Positions 48,422 through 57,812 of a DNA stretch of 64,000 nucleotides are shown in pieces (positions within the stretch are counted from its first letter, which is position 1; each line of letters opens with the position of its first letter). Origin of the DNA: Candidatus Hermodarchaeota archaeon (GTDB lineage: Archaea; Asgardarchaeota; Hermodarchaeia; Hermodarchaeales; Hermodarchaeaceae); contig JAEOUH010000070.1 in assembly GCA_016839365.1 (NCBI GenBank), positions 89,527-153,526 of the forward strand, in the 5' to 3' direction. A model generated the notes under the pieces. That model did no database searches and was not told where the DNA came from. It was given only the letters and a program-made list of their open reading frames with translations. Made by a program: the position numbers and the translations under genes.

Positions 48422-49132
48422 TTAGGTCTCTTTTACATCTCGGTAGAATTTGTTATTGCTAGTACGAAAATCTTCTTCAGTGACTAATGGCTGGCTAATA
48501 ACTTGTAGTAATTCTTCAGAGATTTTTCCTTTTGTAATAAGTTGCAGACCAGCTTTTCTTGCAGCAGTGAACACTTGGGCTGCTTTTTTGGGGTACTCAT
48601 TGAGTTCGCTAGCGTGTGGCCGTAAGAGGGCTCCTGCAAATTCTACATTTGTATTCAACGCCAATTCTTCAGCAATGCGAATGACGGTATCAAAATTACC
48701 AAGTTCCCACCATCCACTCGATGATACTAATACAATCTTTGATAATTTCACATCCTCATGGAAGCGGGCTCGAGTGCGCCCATTTACAAAGCGAAGCAGA
48801 GGTTCAGCGATTGGACAGAGCCGGTTTATGAAATTCTGCATTTCACCTGGGAGTGGAATGTACACAGGTGTTGCTAAAACCAGAATATCTGTTGAACGCA
48901 ACTTGGAATAGATGTTCTGCATGTCATCGTTATAGATGCATTCTCCGACTTTCTTAAACCAGCATTGGAAGTCTCCAATACAGGGATTGATCTTCATTCG
49001 TTTAGAATAGACTAATTCTATTTTCGCGCCAGCATCCTTCATGCCCTCAAGAAATGGGCTCAAAATTTTTGTTGTGTTTCCTTCTTCCATCCGAGGGCTA
49101 CCATTCACCGCGAACACTCTCATAGATTTCAC
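48422..49132 (-). CDS. flavodoxin-like iron-sulfur flavoprotein
   Basis: NGSPR..GNT, PCIGDFQCW...CIYNDD and ATPVY motifs. Confidence 0.9.
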   Translation of the reverse strand: MKSMRVFAVNGSPRMEEGNTTKILSPFLEGMKDAGAKIELVYSKRMKINPCIGDFQCWFKKVGECIYNDDMQNIYSKLRSTDILVLATPVYIPLPGEMQNFINRLCPIAEPLLRFVNGRTRARFHEDVKLSKIVLVSSSGWWELGNFDTVIRIAEELALNTNVEFAGALLRPHASELNEYPKKAAQVFTAARKAGLQLITKGKISEELLQVISQPLVTEEDFRTSNNKFYRDVKET

Positions 49133-49165
49133 TTCCCTAAAGTTATTCTTATCCGTGGTATATGC

Positions 49166-49417
49166 TTAGAGATCTTTAAAAGGGGATTCTTCTGGTGGTT
49201 CACGAGGAAATAATACGGGTAGCCAAGGGAGAACCGCCAGTCCTCCCAGCACCAAGAAAATGATAAGAAGGGAGATTAGGTTTTCATTCGGTTGCAGGGT
49301 CGGCGCCACAAGAATCATCCAAGTAATCACAATGATGGCAAATGCGATGAGAAAAATCAGACTCGCATAACAGCGTGATCTATGACTAAATGGTTCCGGC
49401 TCCTTCTTTTCACTCAT
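49166..49417 (-). CDS. small two-TM membrane protein
   Basis: MSEKKE start and two hydrophobic helices. Confidence 0.65.
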   Translation of the reverse strand: MSEKKEPEPFSHRSRCYASLIFLIAFAIIVITWMILVAPTLQPNENLISLLIIFLVLGGLAVLPWLPVLFPREPPEESPFKDL

Positions 49418-49485
49418 ATAACCGCAAACCCACAAATGCATGTTCTAATAAGAAAGAACTACAAGTCAATGCGGGACAAGTTGTA

Positions 49486-50052
49486 TTAGAACTTAATCTC
49501 AACAGCTTCAAGACTGCAGGTCGTGAAGAATTGTTTTCCGGTATGCTGGCAGGGACGGAATTTAGTAATATCCCAAGTCTTCGAGAAGTATCCTTCAACA
49601 ACTTCAGCCGCCATGATTTCACCAACAATGAGATTATGGTCACCGGCCTCAAATGTCTTCCAGAGTTTACACTCTATATGCGCAACGCATTCTTCAATTT
49701 TCGGGGCATTCACCATCTTTGCCTTTCGAGGAGTCAGACCCAGTTCAGCGAATTTATCAATCTCTTTCCCAGTTATACGGCCAGCTCGGATGACTTTTTC
49801 GGCCATATCAAATGTGGGGATGTTTACCACGAACTCACCGGTTTCTTGAATGGCTTTGTAAGAGAACCGCTCTTTCCGAATACTTATGGTTAGCAGTGGG
49901 GGATTTATGCTCGTTGGTATTATCCAGGCAATCGTTAACACATTGTTTTGTCCATCTTTCGTTTTTGTCGACACAAGAGCTGCGTTATATGGGTGCAGCA
50001 TATACAGGGATTGGTCCAAGGGGACCGTTACTTTCTCAGGACCTTCAGGCAT
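49486..50052 (-). CDS. flavin reductase (DIM6/NTAB) family protein
   Basis: NVLTIAW, PP.L.ISI, GEFVVNIP and AHIECK...GDHNLIVGEI motifs. Confidence 0.92.
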   Translation of the reverse strand: MPEGPEKVTVPLDQSLYMLHPYNAALVSTKTKDGQNNVLTIAWIIPTSINPPLLTISIRKERFSYKAIQETGEFVVNIPTFDMAEKVIRAGRITGKEIDKFAELGLTPRKAKMVNAPKIEECVAHIECKLWKTFEAGDHNLIVGEIMAAEVVEGYFSKTWDITKFRPCQHTGKQFFTTCSLEAVEIKF

Positions 50053-50194
50053 TTCACAACAACTTCCAATACGATGCAAAGTGCAACTTTATTGGCTTTT
50101 TATGAATTAAATTCGAGCATAAAAAAGCATACAACTGACTAGACGACAAACATTACTCAGGATTTTAATAGCTCCAAGTGCCCCTAGACTCTTA

Positions 50195-50851
50195 GTGGTT
50201 GAATTGACCGTTACCATCAAATTTCTAGCTCACGCTAGCTTCCAAATCAAAGCTGATGACACAATCATCTACATCGACTTAGAAAAAGGGGCCCACCCCA
50301 AAGAACAAGCCCATATCATCCTCTCCACCCATTCCCACTACGACCACTGTGATCCCGTAAAAATCAAAAGCGTACGTGGAGCCGACACAGTGGTGATTGC
50401 CCCTGCTGATTGCCATGCCAAAATCGGTGGCACAGTATATGCCCTACAACCCGGTGAAGAGAAATTCATTGATGACATCTGCATTCGGGCTGTCGAAGCT
50501 TACAATGAAACACGATTTCGATCTCCAGGAAATCCCTACCATCCAAGGGGCCTAGGCGTCGGATACATCGTAACTGTTGAAGGGAAATCCATCTACCATG
50601 CCGGAGACACCGATTTCATCTCCGAGATGAAAGAACTCGGACCCATCGACGTCGCTCTCCTCCCCGTAGGAGGCACCTATACAATGGAAACCAGTGATGG
50701 AGCCGACGCTGCACTCGCCATAAATCCAAAAGTCGCCATCCCCATGCATACCTGGGATAAGGCCATCACTGAATTCAAGGAGAAAGTGGAAGGGAATTCC
50801 AGCATCCAAGTCATCGTTTTAACAAAGGATAGTGAGTTTGTTCTCGACTAG
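50195..50851 (+). CDS. MBL-fold metallo-hydrolase
   Basis: THSHYDH, YHAGDT, LLPVGGTYTM and IPMH motifs. Confidence 0.92.
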   Translation: MVELTVTIKFLAHASFQIKADDTIIYIDLEKGAHPKEQAHIILSTHSHYDHCDPVKIKSVRGADTVVIAPADCHAKIGGTVYALQPGEEKFIDDICIRAVEAYNETRFRSPGNPYHPRGLGVGYIVTVEGKSIYHAGDTDFISEMKELGPIDVALLPVGGTYTMETSDGADAALAINPKVAIPMHTWDKAITEFKEKVEGNSSIQVIVLTKDSEFVLD

Positions 50852-50910
50852 TCTTCCTAAATTCTGGGGAATCTCAAGATCATTAACTCTTCTTTAAAAG
50901 TGAGGCAACT

Positions 50911-51696
50911 ATGTCCATAGATGTGCAGCCACTAACATCGCCAACAGAAGAAATCGAAGAGTACCTGCGAAAGGATATTCCTCTCAACGGATTACTCCTT
51001 TATGACCTCACCTTAGCCTGGGATTCCAGCATGTGGTACATTATCCGTGAAAATCAAAAACTGACAGGCTGCTTGGTCATCTATACTGGGGGGCAGGGTA
51101 TGTACAGTTTCTTCACACGGGGAAATCCCCGTGCTGTTAACCAGCTGGTCGCAAACCTTGCACATCCTGTAATTTTTGCTATCATTCCACAAGCCCACAA
51201 ACCCATCGTTGACAAATATTATGAATTCCTTACTGAGAGCGAATTTCTCCTCATGCGCCTTGAACAATCTAATTGCGAACTCGTATCGAGTCAAAACGCA
51301 ATCCGACTAACCGACGAAGATGTTGAAGAAGTGGATGCTTTCTTTCAAACCACGACCGCTGGGGCGTGGAACCCCAAACAGATGACCATCGGCCCCTTTT
51401 ATGGAATTCGCGAACAGACCAAACTTGTTTCAATTTGTGGCACAATCGGGGTATACAACACTAGCCCCGGTGTGTCCGTTATCGGTAATTTAGTGACTCT
51501 ATCGCAGTATCAAAATCGAGGTTATGGGACCAGTGTGCTTTGTGCTGTTATTCGGGAACTCTTCGACAATTATCGATATGTAACCCTTATGGTGGATTCA
51601 GAAAATCGAGGTGCTATCCGCATCTATGAACGGTTAGGTTTTGCAGTACACAGTATATTAGATATAGGAGTCTGCCAACGACATAGAACAGCGTGA
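50911..51696 (+). CDS. GNAT family N-acetyltransferase (FR47-like)
   Basis: IGNLVT..QYQNRGYG and N.GAIRIYERLGF. Confidence 0.9.
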   Translation: MSIDVQPLTSPTEEIEEYLRKDIPLNGLLLYDLTLAWDSSMWYIIRENQKLTGCLVIYTGGQGMYSFFTRGNPRAVNQLVANLAHPVIFAIIPQAHKPIVDKYYEFLTESEFLLMRLEQSNCELVSSQNAIRLTDEDVEEVDAFFQTTTAGAWNPKQMTIGPFYGIREQTKLVSICGTIGVYNTSPGVSVIGNLVTLSQYQNRGYGTSVLCAVIRELFDNYRYVTLMVDSENRGAIRIYERLGFAVHSILDIGVCQRHRTA

Positions 51697-51722
51697 GCTT
51701 TACTAACAGAAAATCAGTGGCG

Positions 51723-51824
51723 TCATCCTTTTTTACTCGCTTTCTTTTTCGGTTTTTTCTTCTTTGATTTTTCTGGCAACACATCTATCCAATTCTGATG
51801 ATTTTTGTCTCCGGATTCACCCAT
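51723..51824 (-). CDS. 33-aa lysine-rich microprotein
   Basis: MGESGDKNHQNWIDVLPEKSKKKKPKKKASKKG*, with SD GGAGGT 6 nt upstream of the ATG; not in the ORF track. Confidence 0.6.
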   Translation of the reverse strand: MGESGDKNHQNWIDVLPEKSKKKKPKKKASKKG

Positions 51825-51959
51825 AGAATGACCTCCGATTGTAAGCCCAAATTACGATAGGGAGTCGAAATAATACTCATCGTAAATTTAATAGTTTGTC
51901 TTGGGGGATTGAATCATAACTAGTTACTTTTGGAGAAATATTTTTAATCTAGCTTCACT

Positions 51960-52102
51960 AATCCGAAGCCGAGGCGTATCCAGGTGGACATGTATGCACA
52001 GGGTAAAGAAGCCTTTTCGCCATGTGGATAGTGAGCTTGGCGAATCTTTTGTTAAGCAATTGTTTGGATTGATAATAGGATGAATGAGAAGGGAAGATTC
52101 GC
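51960..52102 (+). ncRNA. candidate structured RNA (unknown family)
   Basis: Nested stems with G-U pairs on the plus strand: 51960-67/52063-70, 51968-73/52036-41, 51977-87/52020-30; competing 9-bp helix 52040-48/52094-102. Confidence 0.4.
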
Positions 52103-52217
52103 AGGATTCTAATGCGATAGGGGTAGTCTAGATAAGGTTAAACAATTGCTAATTTAAATAGTAATTTTTTTATACTATCATTAACAACTCAGAACTAAAA
52201 CAAAGGAGGCTTTAGCC

Positions 52218-53267
52218 ATGCCCCGAAATCAAGAACCTATCGCAGAGATCAAAAACGTAGTTCGTGTGTACAAGAAACCTCTGCACCGACCACGCAAAGG
52301 CGCCGCACGGCGATTCGTCGGGTTCCTGAAGCGTGAAAAGCAGACCATCCGTGCACTCGATGATGTCAGTTTTGACATTCACTCTGGTGAATGCGTAGCC
52401 CTGCTTGGGCCAAATGGGGCTGGCAAATCAACCACAGTGAAGTTGCTCAGCGGGATCCTACATCCAACATCTGGCCAGGTAAGGCTCTTCGGCGTGGACC
52501 CCTACCATAACCGCATCGCCTGCGCGATGCGTTACGGAGTGGTTTTCGGACAGCGGACGCTACTGTGGACTCACGTCCCTGTGTTGGAGAGCCTGAAACT
52601 GTACCAGAAGATGTACGATATCCCCAAACCAGTGTTCAACGAACGCCTCAAAGAGTTCGCTGGAATTCTGGACATTGAGCAACATCTTCATAGCGCTCCT
52701 CGACGCCTATCTTTAGGTGAGCGGATGCGGTGCGAAATCATCGCTGCGTTGCTCCATCAACCAGAGGTGATCTTCCTTGACGAACCCACAGTTGGGCTCG
52801 ATGTCGTGGCTAAAAAGCGGATCCGTGATTTCATTCGACGGGTCAACCGCGAAGAAAACGTCACTGTTCTTCTTTGTAGCCATAGCATGCGAGATGTCGA
52901 GGAGCTCTCGGACCGCATCATCTTAATCAGTCGAGGTAACATTAGGTTCGATGGACCCAAAAGGCAGCTCAAACGCCAATGGAACAATGAACGCAAAGTC
53001 AAGATTCTCTATAAACGGGCCACCACAAAAGGCTGGAGGCGTCAACTCCAAGATTTACCTGGAGTTATTAATTTAGAAGTTAACAATGGTCAAATCGCCT
53101 GTCGAATCAACCAAGCTCAAATTCCCGTCTCAGTACTCCTCCAAACAGCTATGACTTTACTTGAGGTCGACGACATCGAAGTCACTGAACCCAACCTTGA
53201 AGATATTATTCGCGAGATCTTCGGAGATGAAAATCGGTCTTTAAACCAAACAACGGAGGCGCACTAG
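52218..53267 (+). CDS. ABC exporter ATP-binding protein (COG4586-like)
   Basis: GPNGAGKST, VVFGQRT.LW, LSLGERMRCE and FLDEPTVGLD motifs. Confidence 0.93.
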   Translation: MPRNQEPIAEIKNVVRVYKKPLHRPRKGAARRFVGFLKREKQTIRALDDVSFDIHSGECVALLGPNGAGKSTTVKLLSGILHPTSGQVRLFGVDPYHNRIACAMRYGVVFGQRTLLWTHVPVLESLKLYQKMYDIPKPVFNERLKEFAGILDIEQHLHSAPRRLSLGERMRCEIIAALLHQPEVIFLDEPTVGLDVVAKKRIRDFIRRVNREENVTVLLCSHSMRDVEELSDRIILISRGNIRFDGPKRQLKRQWNNERKVKILYKRATTKGWRRQLQDLPGVINLEVNNGQIACRINQAQIPVSVLLQTAMTLLEVDDIEVTEPNLEDIIREIFGDENRSLNQTTEAH

Positions 53268-54098
53268 ATGTCGTACAAGGACATAATACGGCAGCTTCGG
53301 CTCCTACCAGATTACATTCGCATCTCCTTCCTGCAAATTGCTGAAAATAAGATCCAACTTTTCGGAGCATTTTTCACTACTTCAATTAATCTTGCACTCT
53401 ATATCCTCTTTTGGGGAGTCATTACCTACCAAATTCCCGTTCTCACTGGATTTGGCTGGGTTACCTGGGGACGAGGTGAACTTACTTTCCTCATAGGGAT
53501 GACCGAGGTTGCTTGGGGTTTTGGTGCATTCGCATGGATGGGAATTTGGCAAATTCATTGGTACATAACAGAAATAGGTATTGAAACCTTTCAAATTCGA
53601 CCAGCAGGGTCTATCTATCAGATCCTTGCCACTTCACTGTGGGCTGGAGGTCTTATTCAGGTAGTGGTTGGTGGAATCATGCTTAGTTATTCAGTGTTGA
53701 CCTTCGGATTAGTTGCGACTCCGTTTAGCATTATTCTGGGAGTTTTGGCACTTCTCATCGGGCAGGCTGCTTTATACTTACTATGGTCCTGCCTATGTTG
53801 TCTCGCCTTCTGGATGGGAAAAAACGAAGGGATTCTAGCTATTTCTGATGCGCTTGAATATAATTTTGCCCGAATGCCTATTGACGTCATGCCTATCGGT
53901 GTGCAATACTTTCTATTGTTTGTCTTTCCTGTGATTTTCATTTCCACAGTACCCACTATGATAATATTAAATTTAATTCCGCTCAGCTTCACTATGTTTT
54001 ACATTGGCATAGCTTCACTTCTTGTTATAATCTGGCTAATCGTCTTACGCATCATTTGGAACCGAGGACTGAAAAATTACCAACCAGTAGGAGGCTAG
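53268..54098 (+). CDS. ABC-2 family permease (DUF990-like)
   Basis: Six TMs, IRP motif and W.RGLK.Y...GG end. Confidence 0.85.
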   Translation: MSYKDIIRQLRLLPDYIRISFLQIAENKIQLFGAFFTTSINLALYILFWGVITYQIPVLTGFGWVTWGRGELTFLIGMTEVAWGFGAFAWMGIWQIHWYITEIGIETFQIRPAGSIYQILATSLWAGGLIQVVVGGIMLSYSVLTFGLVATPFSIILGVLALLIGQAALYLLWSCLCCLAFWMGKNEGILAISDALEYNFARMPIDVMPIGVQYFLLFVFPVIFISTVPTMIILNLIPLSFTMFYIGIASLLVIIWLIVLRIIWNRGLKNYQPVGG

Positions 54099-54103
54099 AT
54101 TAA

Positions 54104-54928
54104 ATGCCATTCTCTTTACGCTTAGAAAGTTATCTTGCGGTCGCACGTATTTCTTTCCGAAACATCCGACAATACACCACCGATTTCCTCACACACTTTG
54201 CATTCTTCCCAGTACAGATCATTGCGTTGTCATTAGTATATTGGATCATATATCAACAAGCTTGGATACTCAATGGCATAACCGCTATTGGTGGCTTCAC
54301 CTTTCCTGAGCTAATCAGCTATCTCTTCATCGCAATCATAATCGCCCGTGCCCTCCCTCGATGGCAACTTAGCATTGAAGTTGAACGTGACATTGACCTA
54401 GGTCCATTAGTTTCATATTTATCAAAACCAATTGATTATGCGAGCTTCAAATTCTTCAGTGAAATGCCACGTGTTTTGATTTACTTACTGTTTGGGACTC
54501 TAACTTACCTTGTAACATTGCTCTTCATTCCATTACCCCTTCCTTCAATTCTCAACATCCTTCTCTTCATTCCATTTTTCGTGATAGCATATTTCATTTC
54601 ATTCCTTTTGGTCTTTACAGTCGCACTTAGTACTTTCTGGGTTTACCGAGGATGGTGGTTACGAAATCTCATCAGTCTCCTCATGCTAATGGTGGGAGGT
54701 GGTCTGATTCCCTTAAGCTTCTTCCCGCCCACCCTCCAATTTGTTTTCGGCTTGCTCCCTTTTCAATACTGCTACTATATTCCTGCGATAATACTTCAGG
54801 GATTTTATCTTCCAGAACAGCTGCTTCCCATCACGCTTCTAAGCCTTATCTGGCTCGTGGTCCTTTGGCTACTGGCCCGATTCGTGTGGAGTCTAGGACG
54901 AAGGAAGTATGAAGGTCCTGGTGGCTAG
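54104..54928 (+). CDS. ABC-2 family permease (DUF990-like)
   Basis: DI..G.L..YL.KP, GG.IPLSFFP, LPF...Y.PA and GRRKYEGPGG. Confidence 0.88.
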   Translation: MPFSLRLESYLAVARISFRNIRQYTTDFLTHFAFFPVQIIALSLVYWIIYQQAWILNGITAIGGFTFPELISYLFIAIIIARALPRWQLSIEVERDIDLGPLVSYLSKPIDYASFKFFSEMPRVLIYLLFGTLTYLVTLLFIPLPLPSILNILLFIPFFVIAYFISFLLVFTVALSTFWVYRGWWLRNLISLLMLMVGGGLIPLSFFPPTLQFVFGLLPFQYCYYIPAIILQGFYLPEQLLPITLLSLIWLVVLWLLARFVWSLGRRKYEGPGG

Positions 54929-54955
54929 TCTATGTGCTAAACGGAAGCACCGCTG

Positions 54956-55114
54956 CTACTTAGTACTAATTGCAAAGTTCGGATTATCCTTACCGATATT
55001 GGCGAGTATCTTCTCAAGCACTGAAGCGTCACCATCAATTTTCAAGGCACCAGTGCTAATAGCTTCGTTTTGGGGCATCATTCCGAGAAGGGCCATTGCC
55101 ACGCCAGTAATTAG
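54956..55114 (-). pseudogene. remnant of an alkyl-sulfatase C-terminal (SCP2-like) domain
   Basis: ALLG...EAISTGALKIDGDASVLEKILANIGKDNPNFAISTK resembles alkyl/aryl-sulfatase C-termini; the upstream part is occupied by the next gene's promoter. Confidence 0.5.
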
Positions 55115-55221
55115 ATTTTCTGCAATCAATCCGTTTTTAAATAGGTCTTGGGGATACCAAAATTGCAGAAAACCAACTGAAGGTTTTAAATAGAATTCCT
55201 GAGCACTCGAAGTGACTACTG

Positions 55222-55980
55222 ATGTCCGCAATTCTTATTGATGGAAAGGAAATTTTCTATGAGGCTCTGGGGGCGGGTCCTTCGCTCGTGATGATACACG
55301 GTTCCTTCAGCACTCATCACTTGTGGGACAAGCAACACCCCCTTGCAAAACATAGCCAGTTGGTGTTGTTAGATTTGCCAGGGCATGGTGCCTCAGATTA
55401 CCTTGATGGAGAGATAACAGTTCAACGATTCGCTAAAATTCTTGCTCGCTTCATCGAGAAGCTGCAATTACAGAAAGTTGTGCCTGTCGGGCATTCATTA
55501 GGTGGTGCCATTGCACTTCAACTGGCCTTAGATTACCCTATTCTATTAGGGGGGCTAGTTCTGGTTGGATCTGGGGCGAAACTCGGTGTTCTCCCTGCCA
55601 CCTTAGACGGATTACGAACTGATTTTTCAACAGGCGTTGACTTAGTGATTAGTCAGATGGGCTTCGCCACCGAGGCTGATCCACAACAAGTTACATTAGT
55701 CAAGGAGGAAGCCAAACGGTGTAATCCTAAGATAGGATACAACGACTTTTTTGCCTGTAGCCAGTTTGATATTCGCGACCGCATTCAGGAAATTCAGGTT
55801 CCAACTCTGGTAATCGTCGGTGGCCAAGATCAATTAACACCCGTTAAATGGTCCAACTGGCTGGCTGCTAACATCGAGAAGTCAGAATTGGAAATTATCC
55901 CTCAGGCAGGGCATTATGTGATGATTGAACAACCAGCCCAAGTTAATCAAGCGATAGCCGCATTCATTAGCAAAATCTAA
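55222..55980 (+). CDS. alpha/beta hydrolase
   Basis: IHG, DLPGHG, GHSLGG nucleophile elbow, Asp in GQDQLTP and AGH. Confidence 0.95.
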   Translation: MSAILIDGKEIFYEALGAGPSLVMIHGSFSTHHLWDKQHPLAKHSQLVLLDLPGHGASDYLDGEITVQRFAKILARFIEKLQLQKVVPVGHSLGGAIALQLALDYPILLGGLVLVGSGAKLGVLPATLDGLRTDFSTGVDLVISQMGFATEADPQQVTLVKEEAKRCNPKIGYNDFFACSQFDIRDRIQEIQVPTLVIVGGQDQLTPVKWSNWLAANIEKSELEIIPQAGHYVMIEQPAQVNQAIAAFISKI

Positions 55981-56073
55981 CCAGGAAAACTCTCCCCAAT
56001 ACAAGTCTGAAGACATGCCGTAATCGGAACCCACATAAACTTATTCTTGCATAAACAGGCTGCTTCTCTAAAA

Positions 56074-56171
56074 GGGCGGAGACGCACGAGAAGTTTGGAA
56101 GGATGGTCGCATTGGCGGGATCACATGCCACCCAGCTGTTTGGCGATTCTTCTAGTCTCCGCCCCCCGCCA
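56074..56171 (+). ncRNA. candidate ~100-nt GC-rich structured RNA
   Basis: Perfect 10-bp terminal stem GGGCGGAGAC/GTCTCCGCCC, inner stems AGAAG/CTTCT and GGTCGC/GCGATT, and a 3' tail CCCGCCA complementary to internal TGGCGGG. Confidence 0.5.
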
Positions 56172-56245
56172 CTACTTCGTAAATGAAGGCTTTTTATTTC
56201 CCAGAGAATGAAAAGAAGAATACCAGTCTATGGTAGGAAATTGTT

Positions 56246-57070
56246 TTGCCTGAACTCCCTGACATAGTTGTATTAGTGGCTAGTATGAATGAAGCTCTTC
56301 CAGGTAAGGAAATTAGTAACATTTCAGTTCATCAATCTAAAGTCCTGAATCGACCTATTACCACCTTCCGAAAGGAGATGCTAGGTCGAACATTTCGGTC
56401 GTTCAGTCAGCGTGGAAAGTGGGTTATTAGTGAACTCGACACTGGTTCGATGCTAGCTTTCAACCTTGGAATGGGTGGTGAACTCCGGCTTCATTGGCCA
56501 CCCATGGTTCCAGACCCGAAGCGGGAGCGTGTTGTGTTTTCGTTTAATGATGGAAGCCAGTTATGGGTCCATTTTTGGTGGTTTGGTCATGTTCATCTCT
56601 TGAAATCAGGTGAACTTTCATCACATCCACAAATTGGAACTCTTGGGATTGAACCGCTGAGCGATAAGTTCACTGAAGAAAAACTCGTTGAGATGTTTGA
56701 GGGCAAACGGGGACGAATCAAAAGCTACCTACTCGATCAACGTTTTATTGCTGGTATTGGAAATGTGTATATTCAGGACATTCTATGGCACGCAAAACTT
56801 CACCCCAATCGACAAGCCAAAACCTTGCTCGTTGAAGATGTTAAGAGGCTACATCATGCTATTCAGCATGTACTCCGGGAAGGAATTAAACAAGGACCTG
56901 GTCCAGGTGAGCAGGATGTGTGGGGGAATCGTGGTCAATGGGGGAAACAACCGGGTTGGCCCCAAATTGCTTATCGAACAGGAAAATCTTGTCCGACTTG
57001 TCAAACACTAATAGATGAAATACGGGTGGGCAGCACCACCAGTTTTCTCTGTCCTCGATGTCAAGTCTAA
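56246..57070 (+). CDS. mutM: Fpg/Nei family DNA glycosylase/AP lyase
   Basis: N-terminal PELP, RGK, LLDQ..IAGIGNVY H2TH and CPTC...CPRCQ zinc finger. Confidence 0.9.
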   Translation: MPELPDIVVLVASMNEALPGKEISNISVHQSKVLNRPITTFRKEMLGRTFRSFSQRGKWVISELDTGSMLAFNLGMGGELRLHWPPMVPDPKRERVVFSFNDGSQLWVHFWWFGHVHLLKSGELSSHPQIGTLGIEPLSDKFTEEKLVEMFEGKRGRIKSYLLDQRFIAGIGNVYIQDILWHAKLHPNRQAKTLLVEDVKRLHHAIQHVLREGIKQGPGPGEQDVWGNRGQWGKQPGWPQIAYRTGKSCPTCQTLIDEIRVGSTTSFLCPRCQV

Positions 57071-57133
57071 CAAGCGTGCAACCTATTAACCCTGAGGTTG
57101 GGTATTGTTCCTCGAATTCTGGTGATTTTACTG

Positions 57134-57607
57134 ATGACACGTAAGGCAATTCAAGACCAATGGCTCGAATGGGGTAACGTCTGCTGGGGGTGTGGAAAGA
57201 ATAACACCCATGGGCTCCAACTGAAAAGCTATTGGGAAGGGGATGAGACAATCGCCCATTGGGAACCCAAACCATACCATCTAGCGTTTCCTGGTGTCCT
57301 CTGTGGTGGAATCATCGCATCGCTCATCGACTGCCATGCAACTAATACTGCTAATGCGGCAGCGTACAAAGCCGAAGGTCGTGAACTCAACTCCAAGGCT
57401 GATAAAGGCTATGTAACAGGTTCCCTCTCAATCAAATATATCAAACCAACGCCCGTGGACCAACCCGTGACTCTAAGGGCTCGCGTCAAGGAGATCAAGA
57501 GGCGAAAAATCATTGTGACCTGTTCGTTGTTTTCTGAGGGAATTGAGACTGCCACCGGGGAAGTGGTTGCAATACGATTGCATGAAACATCAACCAATCC
57601 TGAATAG
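57134..57607 (+). CDS. PaaI family thioesterase (hotdog fold)
   Basis: CWGCG..N..GL, GVLCGGIIASLIDCH and VTGSLSIKYIKPTP. Confidence 0.9.
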   Translation: MTRKAIQDQWLEWGNVCWGCGKNNTHGLQLKSYWEGDETIAHWEPKPYHLAFPGVLCGGIIASLIDCHATNTANAAAYKAEGRELNSKADKGYVTGSLSIKYIKPTPVDQPVTLRARVKEIKRRKIIVTCSLFSEGIETATGEVVAIRLHETSTNPE

Positions 57608-57812
57608 ATTACAGTTTACCTTATACTAGCATCCAATTGACGAACCATAATCCCACCTAGCTTTAATATGTCTTAAAATTAGAAACCTATCGCTTCACTT
57701 AGCGATATATCATCATTAGAGAGAAAAACGAGGAATAGCGTTTTACTTCATAAGGGGTTTTTCCAAAGGTTAATGAGGGAAATCACCGCCAACATAGTGC
57801 GGTGCTATTCTT

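Noticed and set aside
56074-56171. tRNA (including tRNA-Sec/Pyl) or 5S rRNA reading of the GC-rich element ending in GCCA
   Set aside because: There is no T-loop TTCRA motif or convincing cloverleaf, seven unpaired nt follow the closing stem, and 5S motifs are absent. Kept only as an unknown RNA candidate.
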